A stretch of DNA of 36,360 bases from Opitutales bacterium (GCA_049599475.1 JBMYOQ010000041.1:1-36360); one strand, 5' to 3'. Counted from the stretch's first letter, positions 10,001 to 17,972 are shown. Numbers and translations: made by a program. Notes: generated from the sequence alone by a model not told the origin.

Positions 10001-11877
10001 GTTGAGTTTGAATCAGTCGGGAGGGTGACGAAACGCTTGTTGGAAAGGGTGCCGTCATTGGGGTCGATGTCGAAAATGCTTAGGGTGTCATCACCCCGGC
10101 GATTATTGGCATAGAGAAACTGTCCGTCGCTACTCATCAGGATATCTGCTCCGGGGCGTATCGATGCGTCGGTTACATTGTGTGACACGTATGTTTCGAC
10201 ATGAGTGAGTGTGCCTTGATTGTGGCTGTATAGCTCTATTTCTCCAGAACCAGTTTCTACGACGTATAGATATGTGTCACTAGAGTTTATTACCATGTGC
10301 CGAGGGCCTGAATCCAGGCCCGTAGAAATGCTCTGTGTTTGAGTTAAAGGCTGAGTTGCCGCTTCGTCTACCGCGTAGACTATGATCTCGTCATTGCCCG
10401 TATTCGCAACAAACAGATATTCTCCTGAATTCGAAAAATATGCGGCGTGTAGATCGTCTGAATTGTCGCCGAACTGAATTTGCTGAATAGGGTCAGTGAG
10501 GCTGCCATCACTATTGCGGGAATACACTGTCAATCGGTGAGCAAAAAAGTTAGCTGTTACTACTAGGTTTCCGCTCGGGCTCACTGATACATAGGTTGTA
10601 TTGACCTGTTCGCCATTGCTCGGATTGTCGAGTTGTTCCTCGATGAATTCTACCGACCCGAAGGTGTCATCTATGCTGTATGCTGCGATTCCTGTATTGT
10701 TGGAGCTGAGATAGAGATTATCGAACTCTGGAGAGGGGCTGGTTCCTAAATGCCATACATTGGCGTGTCGATCGCGGCTGTTTACGAGGCTCAATGTCCC
10801 TGTCGTCGGATCGATAGAGTAGACTTGAAGACTGTTCGTTGCGGCTTCATCTCTGGGTCTACTTCCCAGGTAGAGCTTATAATCATCGATGGGCTCACGT
10901 TCTGTGATATCCATCTTCAGGCTCCACAGATCCCAGAAACCTGTGGGGTCCGTGACGCCATCGCGCACGCTGTGAGCCAGGACAATGATATCTCCATGAT
11001 CCATTTTCCAAGGGCCGGGTATGGTGCTCGTGCTTAAATCGTCGGGCGTGAGTTTCAAGCCCATTGCGCTCCCATTGCCAGGACCTGAGATCAGGCGATT
11101 TTCGCTTACATCAAAGACGAAGAAATCGACGGCGACATCAGCATCTCTACTGGTGAACCGTCCCAAGTGCAGATCCGAAATGACTAGCTGGCTGTCTGCG
11201 CTCAAACCGATATTGGTAAAGGTGTATCCGGCATCCGAACCCACATTCACTCCGAAAAATGCAGATGTATTAGGATCTGCCTGTATATCGCCCTGTGTGT
11301 CTACTGTCAGAATGAGAGCCTCGCCTAGAGTGCCAATTCGCTCGGGGTGCCCCGGGTAGCCTGCCCCCAAGCCCAGATAGCCGGACTGGTCGTGCTCACT
11401 ATATACAGTATAGCCGTAGATATTACCTCGGTGTCCATCGACTAATGCCGGGTTCCGACTCTTCAGGTAGAGTTGAAAATCGCCTCGAGCTAGGGCAGTC
11501 TGGGCATCCTCGCTATTCCAATCTTCTACTGCCTCTAAGCGATAGCCGTAGGTGTCGTTTAAAGCAGGAGATGAGAAAGTAGTGCCGCTGGCCGGGACAT
11601 CTATGTCTTCGTCGGCCACGTAATGAAGCTCATCGCCATAGAATTTAATTTCGCTCCCATCCCAATGATACATGAAGTCCTTGTAAGCCTCATGGCTGCG
11701 ACCCTCGGTTCGGATGGTTATTTGGGCTTCTAGCAAACTGTGAGCGCCCAGCAAACAAGCCAAAAGGGTGAACAGTTGGGCGCGAGGGATTGAAAAGGCG
11801 ACGCTCTTCGTGAGCTCGCGATTGCTTTTTGAGCAGGTAGTCACGCGGCAGTCGCGTACAGGACCATTGAGAGTCAT
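4084..11877 (-). CDS. Large secreted multidomain protein: lactonase-like beta-propeller, Ig-like (Big) repeats, Calx-beta, SbsA Ig-like, PKD, YVTN-type propeller, C-terminal di-heme cytochrome c (CcP/MauG superfamily-like) and verrucomicrobial-type C-terminal domain
   Basis: Signal-like LFTLLACLLGAHSLLEA-Q; GPRHMVI and GQFLYANNRR (lactonase-type propeller); NPP/LPPxV...DxDG Ig repeats; GTATPGEDY...DSEVEGEE (Calx-beta); YNWDFGDG...HTYTQTGRF (PKD); two CxxCH motifs (CAACH 5236-5250, CVACH 4822-4836) with TPTLWG..APYLHHG; tail DFDGDSISNFNEFIYGLNP...STDLHTW...RFYRLEV. ATG 11877 chosen over the TTG at 11922; start uncertain. Confidence 0.8.
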   Translation of the reverse strand: MTLNGPVRDCRVTTCSKSNRELTKSVAFSIPRAQLFTLLACLLGAHSLLEAQITIRTEGRSHEAYKDFMYHWDGSEIKFYGDELHYVADEDIDVPASGTTFSSPALNDTYGYRLEAVEDWNSEDAQTALARGDFQLYLKSRNPALVDGHRGNIYGYTVYSEHDQSGYLGLGAGYPGHPERIGTLGEALILTVDTQGDIQADPNTSAFFGVNVGSDAGYTFTNIGLSADSQLVISDLHLGRFTSRDADVAVDFFVFDVSENRLISGPGNGSAMGLKLTPDDLSTSTIPGPWKMDHGDIIVLAHSVRDGVTDPTGFWDLWSLKMDITEREPIDDYKLYLGSRPRDEAATNSLQVYSIDPTTGTLSLVNSRDRHANVWHLGTSPSPEFDNLYLSSNNTGIAAYSIDDTFGSVEFIEEQLDNPSNGEQVNTTYVSVSPSGNLVVTANFFAHRLTVYSRNSDGSLTDPIQQIQFGDNSDDLHAAYFSNSGEYLFVANTGNDEIIVYAVDEAATQPLTQTQSISTGLDSGPRHMVINSSDTYLYVVETGSGEIELYSHNQGTLTHVETYVSHNVTDASIRPGADILMSSDGQFLYANNRRGDDTLSIFDIDPNDGTLSNKRFVTLPTDSNSTAIDLDPTENFLFVTCTAGGTLETFSRDSATGDLSYLPENQISGLDRPYSLVIPDKSFQRRDKNPPEVSFAASTPATLNVGYTDLSIWADVLASENAIYKVSLYLDGALILSDAETPYQFITDLANPDDPLARLPIGEYVFKLVSTDIYGGQGIAEKQIEVIDPEDQNLPPQVSVVKSYTSENGAHNGGAFASIIINAEDPDGTIKSVELFNGSNSVWEFTTQRQDSPYYIFDSAQDGSASALNNNSGSHTFTIVATDNDGLTSSVDHTIQYTNPSNGSYGFNDTPRPRILASSTTNVVQGDEITIATSTEERRDDENIFIDSVELFVNGVSAGVGQPSNQGGDFSFTFSSNGTGSEILSNLGAGFYTLEMKATDTDGAFMITFMHLEVAADPTQTLAIALPNNTPEEVDMSYTSLAFEPTVTGPVSNVEMYLNDQLVGSIDTSPYSFNSTDFQDLGTLELGTYDLEFIVYDSENNQASVSHQFAVTTDLPVVYAERVRDGTEGLANEGRPRIGFYLTEALDEDLVLSLRHSGTATPGEDYSQGETMNITIQAGQTFRNITYNTTQDSEVEGEERIQATILQNSNYVTVPRRDSAVARLADDDTYAPGPGFSNEFQSDTPGTVLAEIPYLDGFDPNNPSDQDSRARSILIDYFNGYMFVDSRFVRERGTNTERNARIAYDISDLSNIREVSYKVSTRPQHTASILLPHHRFEASPQNVSNISNPLDIVAEDPPGYNLYGTSSRSNPALPYIYDGGSTIEIYDARISNEADALLATLDAHGFEAQAIPIGNLLIAVGIRGQDLRAVATYDISDPAEPFLLDKIENGSSQWITESNGRQDDRAYETFIWNNFIILPNSNRGNDAEFVDFSNPRDLQVITKIGSITGNSRYAQFQDNKMFLGDSTYDLSPLRNDPPEDPIKLDGFNSNGPLHEHFGEYMLPLGNLYVAAENTRQGANGRNQPIRFFAHEQNADSTRPQVTFHLPESDAENVPLTSRIGLIIHETLDYATINSSSLLVYPEPAEGEDPESITGSINISDKDILNFTPDIPLQKHTKYFVSWVVDEDQGIGIKDVSGNYIVPDSFSFTTIGDIKSTRISLETPTSSIGYPLAVNDSPSLEVIASGGEGVLRYNWDFGDGTSSGYSADNFRVSHTYTQTGRFEARVTVIDEENNFATESIFLTVADDIVESQMPSKSSQIILDKANRLVWCVNPDNDTISAINADTLIKVKEFSVGADPRSIALDDNGYLWVTCIDADRLEKIDPVSGALVDSLQFPYGARPSDIVFMTNYTYGFVSLSGSGEIIRFDPDLALNLADTHIPPRQIPTATALAIVDNLEILTSRFISPDSGGEVYTFNQIQRADRFTQVNGNDHIITITPDTTSPDDGSQARGIANYLSDIAISPTENHAYVIAKKDNIFAGTRSTLDTPTPLLPDTSIRTMIAKIDLSTKLEDVESRIDIDDSSQPSAIAFSDVGEFFFVALQGDNSIHVFDDFRGVKMGSFFDENAFAPQGLVFDQASARLFVKNLNSRDISVFNLSEALLTRNFTNTHEATIDVVQNDFSKFSEEVLTGKRIFYDAKDNRMSGNDYISCAACHQDGDHDGRVWDFTQRGEGMRNTTNLRGRAGMAHGNVHWSANFDEIQDFELDIVNHFGGDGFIEDLGAIKPDFPANAGRSEDLDALAAYVASLGKESVEKSPHREADGSLTMEALRGKQLFEGLVLPVSGEQLNCVACHKPTDEFTNSLPVPGQFELFDVGTLTEESGQRLSQETLTGVDTPTLWGLHASAPYLHHGGAATIEDVFNFSGSESDPNSPDINAHDVGTQASRTHTLNSTEFADLIAYLEQIDGRGEGAVSYEIWRQLWGQDIGAESLDFDGDSISNFNEFIYGLNPTVADTSERDSLPNIVIDRDSHYFEFMRRTNNTNLDYTVTTSTDLHTWQPIDLSNAASEDVVDSIQNVSVDITPGNEEKRFYRLEVSETP

Positions 11878-12253
11878 AGTAGGGGATCTGGAGGGGGGTG
11901 GGTGGGGGGAAGAATTGAACAAAAATTGTGTAACGAAAAATTATTATAAACTTACGGGTAGAACGATAGGCAGGTTGGGTGCGGGGATTGTTTAGGGGGA
12001 GGGCTCAAGGACCAAACAAAGGAGGGGACGAGCGAATGTTTATGAGTCCAGATTATCACTTTAATCATTAAAAAGTCCAATGAGATCCGGCGCTTAACAG
12101 GCCCTGTTTTGACGGAGTAAGCGTATTGAATGTATCCGAATTAAAGGGTCTTGGTGATAGGTATGTGTATGTGCGTGGCGCGATTTGAATATGCGCGCCA
12201 AGGTGAAATTGGCACCGTTCAGAGGCTCTACCAAACATGTGGAGACTCCATGC

Positions 12254-12280
12254 TTGATTTTTCCACAAAAACTGTAGAAT
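12254..12280 (+). promoter_or_regulatory. possible sigma70-type promoter of tmRNA
   Basis: TTGATT (12254-12259) and TAGAAT (12275-12280), ~55 nt upstream of the mature 5' end. The spacer is only 15 bp, so support is weak. Confidence 0.3.
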
Positions 12281-12334
12281 AGAGGCTCGGTTCTTTCACA
12301 GTTTTCATGTCACATGAAACTGAAAGGCTATGAA

Positions 12335-12688
12335 GGGGGTGTTTTTGGATTCGACTTCTGGCCGTAGGTTTGGGTGGCGCGTCGGAGTTGATCGCTTGGC
12401 TCCGTTATCAAGGCGATTACAAAAATTACTTGGCGAACAAGAATACGCCATGGCTGCCTAATAGCTGTAGCCCGTCCCATCCCGGATGCTCTCTAAGGGA
12501 ATGGGGCGTCGACTAGAGAGCACCTGTCCTTATCTTTCTCATCGGATAAGGACAAAATTTAGATGAGATGGTTTGGGAAAAGCGTGTTGCTGCGCGTTTC
12601 CTTCACGACACCAAATCAGCAAATACACGCGTAGAGGCCTATCCCGAAAACCAAAAGGACGCGGGTTCAACTCCCGCCACCTCCACCA
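12335..12688 (+). ncRNA. ssrA: tmRNA (one-piece), tag peptide (A)GEQEYAMAA
   Basis: 5' GGGGGTG...GGATTCGAC; 3' GGACGCGGGTTCAACTCCCGCCACCTCCACCA. Acceptor stem GGGGGTG/CACCTCC has the G3-U alanyl identity pair and an encoded CCA. Tag ORF GGC GAA CAA GAA TAC GCC ATG GCT GCC TAA TAG at 12432-12464; 354 nt. Confidence 0.97.
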
Positions 12689-12691
12689 TAT

Positions 12692-12704
12692 TATCAACGA
12701 CTTA
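12692..12704 (+). promoter_or_regulatory. IHF-consensus site in the attL arm
   Basis: TATCAACGACTTA matches WATCAANNNNTTR exactly, 3 bp after the tmRNA CCA. Confidence 0.6.
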
Positions 12705-12774
12705 CGGAATTCCTGCCAAATTCCTATCAAAAAGAAGTCGCATTCCCGCGCTGGGCGGCAAGACTAGGAAAGTC

Positions 12775-14004
12775 TTGGCAAAGAAGGAACAGAGCCCGCT
12801 CCAGGCCTGGGAATACCCGGCAGGGAGCTCCATCCGCATCCGTGAGGTCATTAACCGATATCAGGGGAAAGACTTCGGTGTGTCCTATCGTGTATCCATT
12901 CCTCTCAAATTAGCTGGTAGGAGAATCCTCAAACAGTTCGCCGATGCCGAGGAAGCTGAGGCATGGGCTGAGGCCGAATTTAAGGCTCTGCAGAAACGGG
13001 GATACAAGCATTACGAGGAACTTAGCTCATCTCAGCAGCAAGATGCTCGGGATGCCTTGGATATCCTCCAGGAGCTCGGCTTAAACTTGGTTGATGCGGC
13101 GAATTTCGTCCGAAAGAATTACAGGGTCGTTGACAGGAAGATCACGGTTTCTGATGCCGTGAAGGAAATGTTGAAGCTCAAAGAGGCCGAAAATCTTCGT
13201 CCGCGATCGATCAAGGATCTTCGAAATCGCCTAGCTCTCTTTGAATTGAGTTTCGGCGATGAAATGCTATCGGGGGTCGCGACGTGTGAAATTCAGAAAT
13301 GGGTGGATGAACTCACCACAGTGACGAAGGATGGGACGAGCAATATGTCTCCACGCTCCAAGAAGAACTATTTGGTGACCCTGAAAACCTTCTTCAATTT
13401 CGCGATCCAGAAGGGCTATCGAGCCAAAGAAGATAATCCAGCAGACGGCGTTGTTGTACCGATCATCGACTGGGAGGTGCCATCCATCCTGTCAGTCGCC
13501 GAAGCGCGCAAACTTATCGAGAAAGCTCGAAAATTCGAAGGCGGTATTTTGACTGCACCCATCGCCTTGGGACTTTTCGCGGGCATTCGAACCAAAGAGC
13601 TAGAGGAACTCGATTGGTCAGCCATCGATCTTGAAGAGGGGACGGTTACTATCGGCGCGAAGATCGCGAAGAAACGTGGCTTCCGTTTGGTAGAGTTATC
13701 AGAAAATTGCATTGCCTGGCTGAAAGCATCACCAGTCCAATCCGGTCAACTCGTGACCCATTCGATGCGTAAGATGATCCCGGGTCTTCACAAGGCAGCG
13801 GGATTCGAGAATTGGCGCGAAGAGAAGTCGAACGCGATGCGCCACAGTTTCGGCACCTATCACTATGCCTTGCACAGAAATTCAGCCCTCACTGCTTCGG
13901 CGCTCGGGCACAAAGCGAATGATCAGGTGCTGTTCGATAGCTACCGTTCACTTGCGCGAAAAAAGGACGGAGAGGCATACTTCAAAATTAAACCAAAACG
14001 CTGA
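12775..14004 (+). CDS. int: Tyrosine recombinase / phage-type integrase
   Basis: Catalytic motifs GIRTKEL (R), KIAKKR (K), NAMRHSF (variant of HxxRH), LGH and FDSYR (Y), plus a core-binding region. Start placed at TTG 12775 with AGGA at 12766-12769; the frame is open back to 12568, inside the tmRNA. Confidence 0.92.
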   Translation: MAKKEQSPLQAWEYPAGSSIRIREVINRYQGKDFGVSYRVSIPLKLAGRRILKQFADAEEAEAWAEAEFKALQKRGYKHYEELSSSQQQDARDALDILQELGLNLVDAANFVRKNYRVVDRKITVSDAVKEMLKLKEAENLRPRSIKDLRNRLALFELSFGDEMLSGVATCEIQKWVDELTTVTKDGTSNMSPRSKKNYLVTLKTFFNFAIQKGYRAKEDNPADGVVVPIIDWEVPSILSVAEARKLIEKARKFEGGILTAPIALGLFAGIRTKELEELDWSAIDLEEGTVTIGAKIAKKRGFRLVELSENCIAWLKASPVQSGQLVTHSMRKMIPGLHKAAGFENWREEKSNAMRHSFGTYHYALHRNSALTASALGHKANDQVLFDSYRSLARKKDGEAYFKIKPKR

Positions 14005-14008
14005 AGCC

Positions 14009-14218
14009 TCAGTTTTCTAATTTTTTCAGCGCCGTCAAGACAGCATCCCTACGGAAGATTTTCCGTCGTCCCACGCGAATGACGGGGATTACTCCTTTTT
14101 GGGTGTAGGTGCGCACGGATCGTTCTGACAAGCCGAGGAAAATCGATATCTCTCGTTCATTCATAAGAGCTGGAGGATTCGCACGAATGGATTCAGGGGA
14201 ATTGTCGGATAGCTGCAT
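14009..14218 (-). CDS. Excisionase-like helix-turn-helix protein (HTH_17/MerR-like)
   Basis: LMNEREISIFLGLSERSVRTYTQKGVIPVIRVGRRKIFRR pattern; 69 aa; convergent with the integrase. Confidence 0.82.
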   Translation of the reverse strand: MQLSDNSPESIRANPPALMNEREISIFLGLSERSVRTYTQKGVIPVIRVGRRKIFRRDAVLTALKKLEN

Positions 14219-14301
14219 AAACCTCTATGCGCAGAACTCCGCTCATTTACCTGTTGAAATTTAGGCACGGGCGGTATTTTGGGGGACAACAGGTATTGAA
14301 T

Positions 14302-17300
14302 TTAACAAGCTTGGTCTTGGTGGATGAACACTAAGTTCCTAACGGCCCAGTATTCTAATTGCTCTCTAATTTTATGATAATTCAGGTGACTCTCATTGAA
14401 TCGCTTTTTGATTTCTTCAGGCTGAATTTCCAATATCGCATCTATAACAAAAGTAATTCGGTCAGTAGAATATTCCTCCTCTCCGAGGAAATAGAGTGTA
14501 TCTAGAACTTTGCATAACTTTGAAAGGTATTTTTCGGATTTACTTTTTGCTAGACCGGAAGTAACCGCTTCAAATGTTTCAATTTCTGGCGTATCCATGT
14601 AACTGAAAAGCCTATCGTATGATTTCTCTCTTTGAGACTCATGTAAATCTCCTATACTATTCGCGACCCAATATTTAAGGCCTTCGTGGCATATCTCATC
14701 GAAGTTTTTGAGTAGGTCTAAAATAGTGCGTTCATAGTATGCCCTTGTATTGCTTTTCTTTCTTGATTTGCTGATGAATGAGAAAAGATACGGGTATCGA
14801 AAATTACCTATATCAGTCCTTTTGATTTCCGCTAAAAGCAGATCCTGAATATTTGTTAAATCAGCATCCAAATAGAATAGTTGATCAAGAATAACTCTTG
14901 AAATATCTTCGTCTTCGGTATCCATAGCGACTTGGAAAACCCTCTTGATTATCGATTGATCAGTGCTCCGTGCTAGTGCTTTGGAAGCTCTATTTATGAG
15001 CGATAAATCAGTTGTTGATTCTAGAATTTTCGCAATTGGATCGCCCTCAGAACCTAGAGAAACTCCATTTAGTGTATCCAGTGCAATGCTTTGTATAATG
15101 TTTTCGTTAGGGTTTAAGTGTAATGAATTAATTATTACATTATAAGATTGAGAATCGATACCGCCTTTAAAATCCAAAGCAAAGTACTCTGAGGGTTCTG
15201 ATCCTGTTCTAGCTATGTCGATTTTCTTATTAAAGAGAGCTATTTTTACTTTTGTAGAATTTGAATTTATAAGATAGTCCCAGATGTGCTTGATGTCTAC
15301 GTTGTTAGCGCTTTTTAGCATGTCACATGCGACATCAATACAGTTCTTTTCGTCATAATAATCTAGGTTTTTAAGAATATTAATTTTCTCTCTGTATGAA
15401 GTCATATTTGAAGACATTTTCGATAGCATGACATTAAGATTATCAGGATAGGCATACAGGATATTTTGTATTTTTTGGTGGAGTTCAAACTTTTTACTTT
15501 TCTCCATAGATTCCGATAAGCCAGTTATCTCTCTAATGGAATCGGGGACTTTCGAAGATATTGCGCTGATGTTTGAACGATGAGTCCAAAACTGAAGATG
15601 TGTTTCATTGTTATTCAGTGCTTGAACCATCTTCTCCGAAACCCAAACCGGATCTAGTTGGACTATGCATTCAATGCTGAGCCCATTCCACCTGAATTTA
15701 TTTATGTTTTGAATCAGGCCTCTTCTAATCACGTCAACTAATTTAAGGCTAGTTTTGAGGGAGTGTCGCATGTCGGCGAACACCAAGGCCGCATAGCAAT
15801 AAATCAATCCGTAGAAATCCGGATTGTCTAAGACATTTTCCCAATAGGTTAAGAAATTATTGAAATTGCAGGACCGTTTTTTTGTTGAGCCAATAAAGAA
15901 CTTCCATTCCTCAACATGCTGCCAACTCAAACCATATCTTTGTATGATCTCTGAGAATTCGTCAGGGGGCAGGGAATCCAGCTTTCTCCCTGCTAGGTAT
16001 TCTTGTATAGAAAAGTGGACGAAAGTGTAGTTTTGGTCAAACCCTCGTTGCTTCGTTATAATTCTCGAACGAGTAAATGATTCATAAGCGTCCGATGTCT
16101 TTATTAGTCTGTGCAGGTTAAATTCAATCTCCTTCTCTTTAGCTGTGAAACTTAGCGAAAAGGCTATTTCAGAAAATAATTTAATATCACTGTCTCGTAA
16201 TGTTGGGTGATATGACTCGGATCGTTGATACTTAATTGCCAGTCCCAGTAACTCTTCTATGAGAGCACTGGTTGATTCAATTTTTTGATTAGATGATCGA
16301 GGCTCGCATAAAACCTCGCATAGCGTAGTCGTTAAAAATGGATTTGTTGCTAGGCGCGATAGGGATTTGTCTTTATCAAGACGCTCAAGAATTGTATTTA
16401 TATTTTCAGGCTTTTTTAGGCTATTGCATACGCGCGTTACTAAGGCTCGCGTGGATGGGATACCCAAATCTTCAAGCTCATAAATTCCTGTATAACCGCC
16501 GCTTAAGAAACTGGGTAAACCAACAGGCCGTGTAGTGATAATTACATCGGCGAAATACTCAATGCTTCGGACTTCTAAAAGGTATCGCTGTTTTAAGCGA
16601 TCAGGGACTTCATCCCACCCATCAAAAATGAAAGTTGGTTTGATTCGGGCGTTTTCAAACAGATCCTCGAGTTCTTGTAAATCCGAAGAGAAATCCTTCT
16701 GTTTTGTTGCACAAAATCGTTTTAGAAAAAACTTTGTGATTGGTTCTACTTCACAGCCCTGGTTGGAACTTACGTAATCGCGTAATCTGACTACGATCGG
16801 AATTCGTTTCCACTTTTTGATGTCGGAGATAAGGGTGTGCGCTATCCACTTCGTGAGTGTTGTTTTTCCGAAACCAGGGCCACCCACAAAAATACTTACG
16901 TTTCTAAGAGTAAGAAGGATTGAATTGACTGATCGTGTAGATGGCGTTTCTACGGCATTGTCGGTAATGTTCGCATAAATATCTTTTACTTGTTCACTCT
17001 TAAAACGATCGTAATCCCGGCAGCCAGGTTCTACATAAATTTTTTCGATTGGGACTGGGTTCGATCCGAGTATAGAAATTGAATTCCATTCCGGCGACTC
17101 TAAGAGGGTCTTTTTCCATTGCTTCAAGCAGCGCGGGAGTAATACCTCAGCGGGTGCCTTCGGCTTGTGAATAGCAGCTCTTACGTGATCGGGTGTCTTG
17201 AAGCCCGGCCAAGTAAGAGGGTGAGATAAATGAAAAATTTTCAGGATTTTCTCGGCTGCTAATTTGAGATCACTGTGTCTGAGTTCATTGGTGGTGAAAG

Positions 17301-17859
17301 GAGACTTAGAATCTGGAGAGCCATTGTTGAGGACCTGAGCGTCCTTAAAAGTATCTTTTTTCAGCGAAACCTGAATTTTCGGGAAAAAATATGTGATAGC
17401 TTCTACTTGGCTCTTTCTTATCTCCGCACCGTTGGTGCATTGAAGTAACGGATCCCACACCTGAGACCACTCACTGCTACCTATGTTATTTTTCAAGGAA
17501 AGCATCTTTAGGAACCATTTACAGCGGCCATGACCAGAAGGTTGAAGCATTCTTGCAAGGTCCAGTGCAGGCCCTTTTCCAGTTCCACTCAATAGAAGGA
17601 TTTTTTGATCAGACCCAGGAAGCTCATCCACTTGTAAGATTTTCGCGTAAATGAGCATAAGTGCTATGGCGTGGGCAGAAACCGATGCGCTGGAAGATTC
17701 TCCAAAGATCATCGGGGACCCTATAGTGTAATGCACTTCCCCCATCTGAATGTCATTGGTTTTGCTTGTTGGCGTTGTGCAAAGTGCGCGCATAGATTTC
17801 AAGCTGAAGTCTTCATTCAGTTCTATGCCGAAGGCTTTAATGTCGTGATCGAGGCTCAT
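14302..17859 (-). CDS. NACHT (STAND/NLR-like) NTPase with unassigned N-terminal domain and C-terminal helical (HEAT-like) repeats
   Basis: IEKIYVE pre-NACHT motif, Walker A GGPGFGKTT, IPIVVRLRDY, Walker B FIFDGWDE, ITTRP, LATNPF, winged-helix FVHFSIQEYLAG. Visibly AT-rich. ATG 17859 preferred over 17970, which would overlap the divergent ORF as called from 17931. Confidence 0.88.
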   Translation of the reverse strand: MSLDHDIKAFGIELNEDFSLKSMRALCTTPTSKTNDIQMGEVHYTIGSPMIFGESSSASVSAHAIALMLIYAKILQVDELPGSDQKILLLSGTGKGPALDLARMLQPSGHGRCKWFLKMLSLKNNIGSSEWSQVWDPLLQCTNGAEIRKSQVEAITYFFPKIQVSLKKDTFKDAQVLNNGSPDSKSPFTTNELRHSDLKLAAEKILKIFHLSHPLTWPGFKTPDHVRAAIHKPKAPAEVLLPRCLKQWKKTLLESPEWNSISILGSNPVPIEKIYVEPGCRDYDRFKSEQVKDIYANITDNAVETPSTRSVNSILLTLRNVSIFVGGPGFGKTTLTKWIAHTLISDIKKWKRIPIVVRLRDYVSSNQGCEVEPITKFFLKRFCATKQKDFSSDLQELEDLFENARIKPTFIFDGWDEVPDRLKQRYLLEVRSIEYFADVIITTRPVGLPSFLSGGYTGIYELEDLGIPSTRALVTRVCNSLKKPENINTILERLDKDKSLSRLATNPFLTTTLCEVLCEPRSSNQKIESTSALIEELLGLAIKYQRSESYHPTLRDSDIKLFSEIAFSLSFTAKEKEIEFNLHRLIKTSDAYESFTRSRIITKQRGFDQNYTFVHFSIQEYLAGRKLDSLPPDEFSEIIQRYGLSWQHVEEWKFFIGSTKKRSCNFNNFLTYWENVLDNPDFYGLIYCYAALVFADMRHSLKTSLKLVDVIRRGLIQNINKFRWNGLSIECIVQLDPVWVSEKMVQALNNNETHLQFWTHRSNISAISSKVPDSIREITGLSESMEKSKKFELHQKIQNILYAYPDNLNVMLSKMSSNMTSYREKINILKNLDYYDEKNCIDVACDMLKSANNVDIKHIWDYLINSNSTKVKIALFNKKIDIARTGSEPSEYFALDFKGGIDSQSYNVIINSLHLNPNENIIQSIALDTLNGVSLGSEGDPIAKILESTTDLSLINRASKALARSTDQSIIKRVFQVAMDTEDEDISRVILDQLFYLDADLTNIQDLLLAEIKRTDIGNFRYPYLFSFISKSRKKSNTRAYYERTILDLLKNFDEICHEGLKYWVANSIGDLHESQREKSYDRLFSYMDTPEIETFEAVTSGLAKSKSEKYLSKLCKVLDTLYFLGEEEYSTDRITFVIDAILEIQPEEIKKRFNESHLNYHKIREQLEYWAVRNLVFIHQDQAC

Positions 17860-17972
17860 TTTTGGACAGAGGCTGTAAGTATACAGGCGTCCTGATAGTA
17901 TACAAGTGATATACAGGTCACTGTACAGAGATGACCTGTTGTCACCTCGGCGAAAAGGGGAATCGGGCAAAA

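Noticed and set aside
12259..12267. DnaA-box match TTTTCCACA
   Set aside because: Single 9-mer with no cluster or origin context; compatible with chance.
12568..12774. N-terminal 69 codons of the 478-aa integrase ORF as normal coding sequence
   Set aside because: Overlaps the tmRNA, whose structure explains the sequence; an SD plus TTG exists at 12766-12777. Kept only as a hypothesis in findings.
14248..14295. 9-bp inverted repeat TACCTGTTG/CAACAGGTA between the NACHT and excisionase-like genes
   Set aside because: 30-bp spacer and no U-tract; cannot be supported as a terminator or element end.
17873..17886. SOS-box-like CTGT...ACAG
   Set aside because: Spacer is 6 bp rather than the 8 bp of the proteobacterial LexA box, and the probable host lineage uses a different LexA motif.
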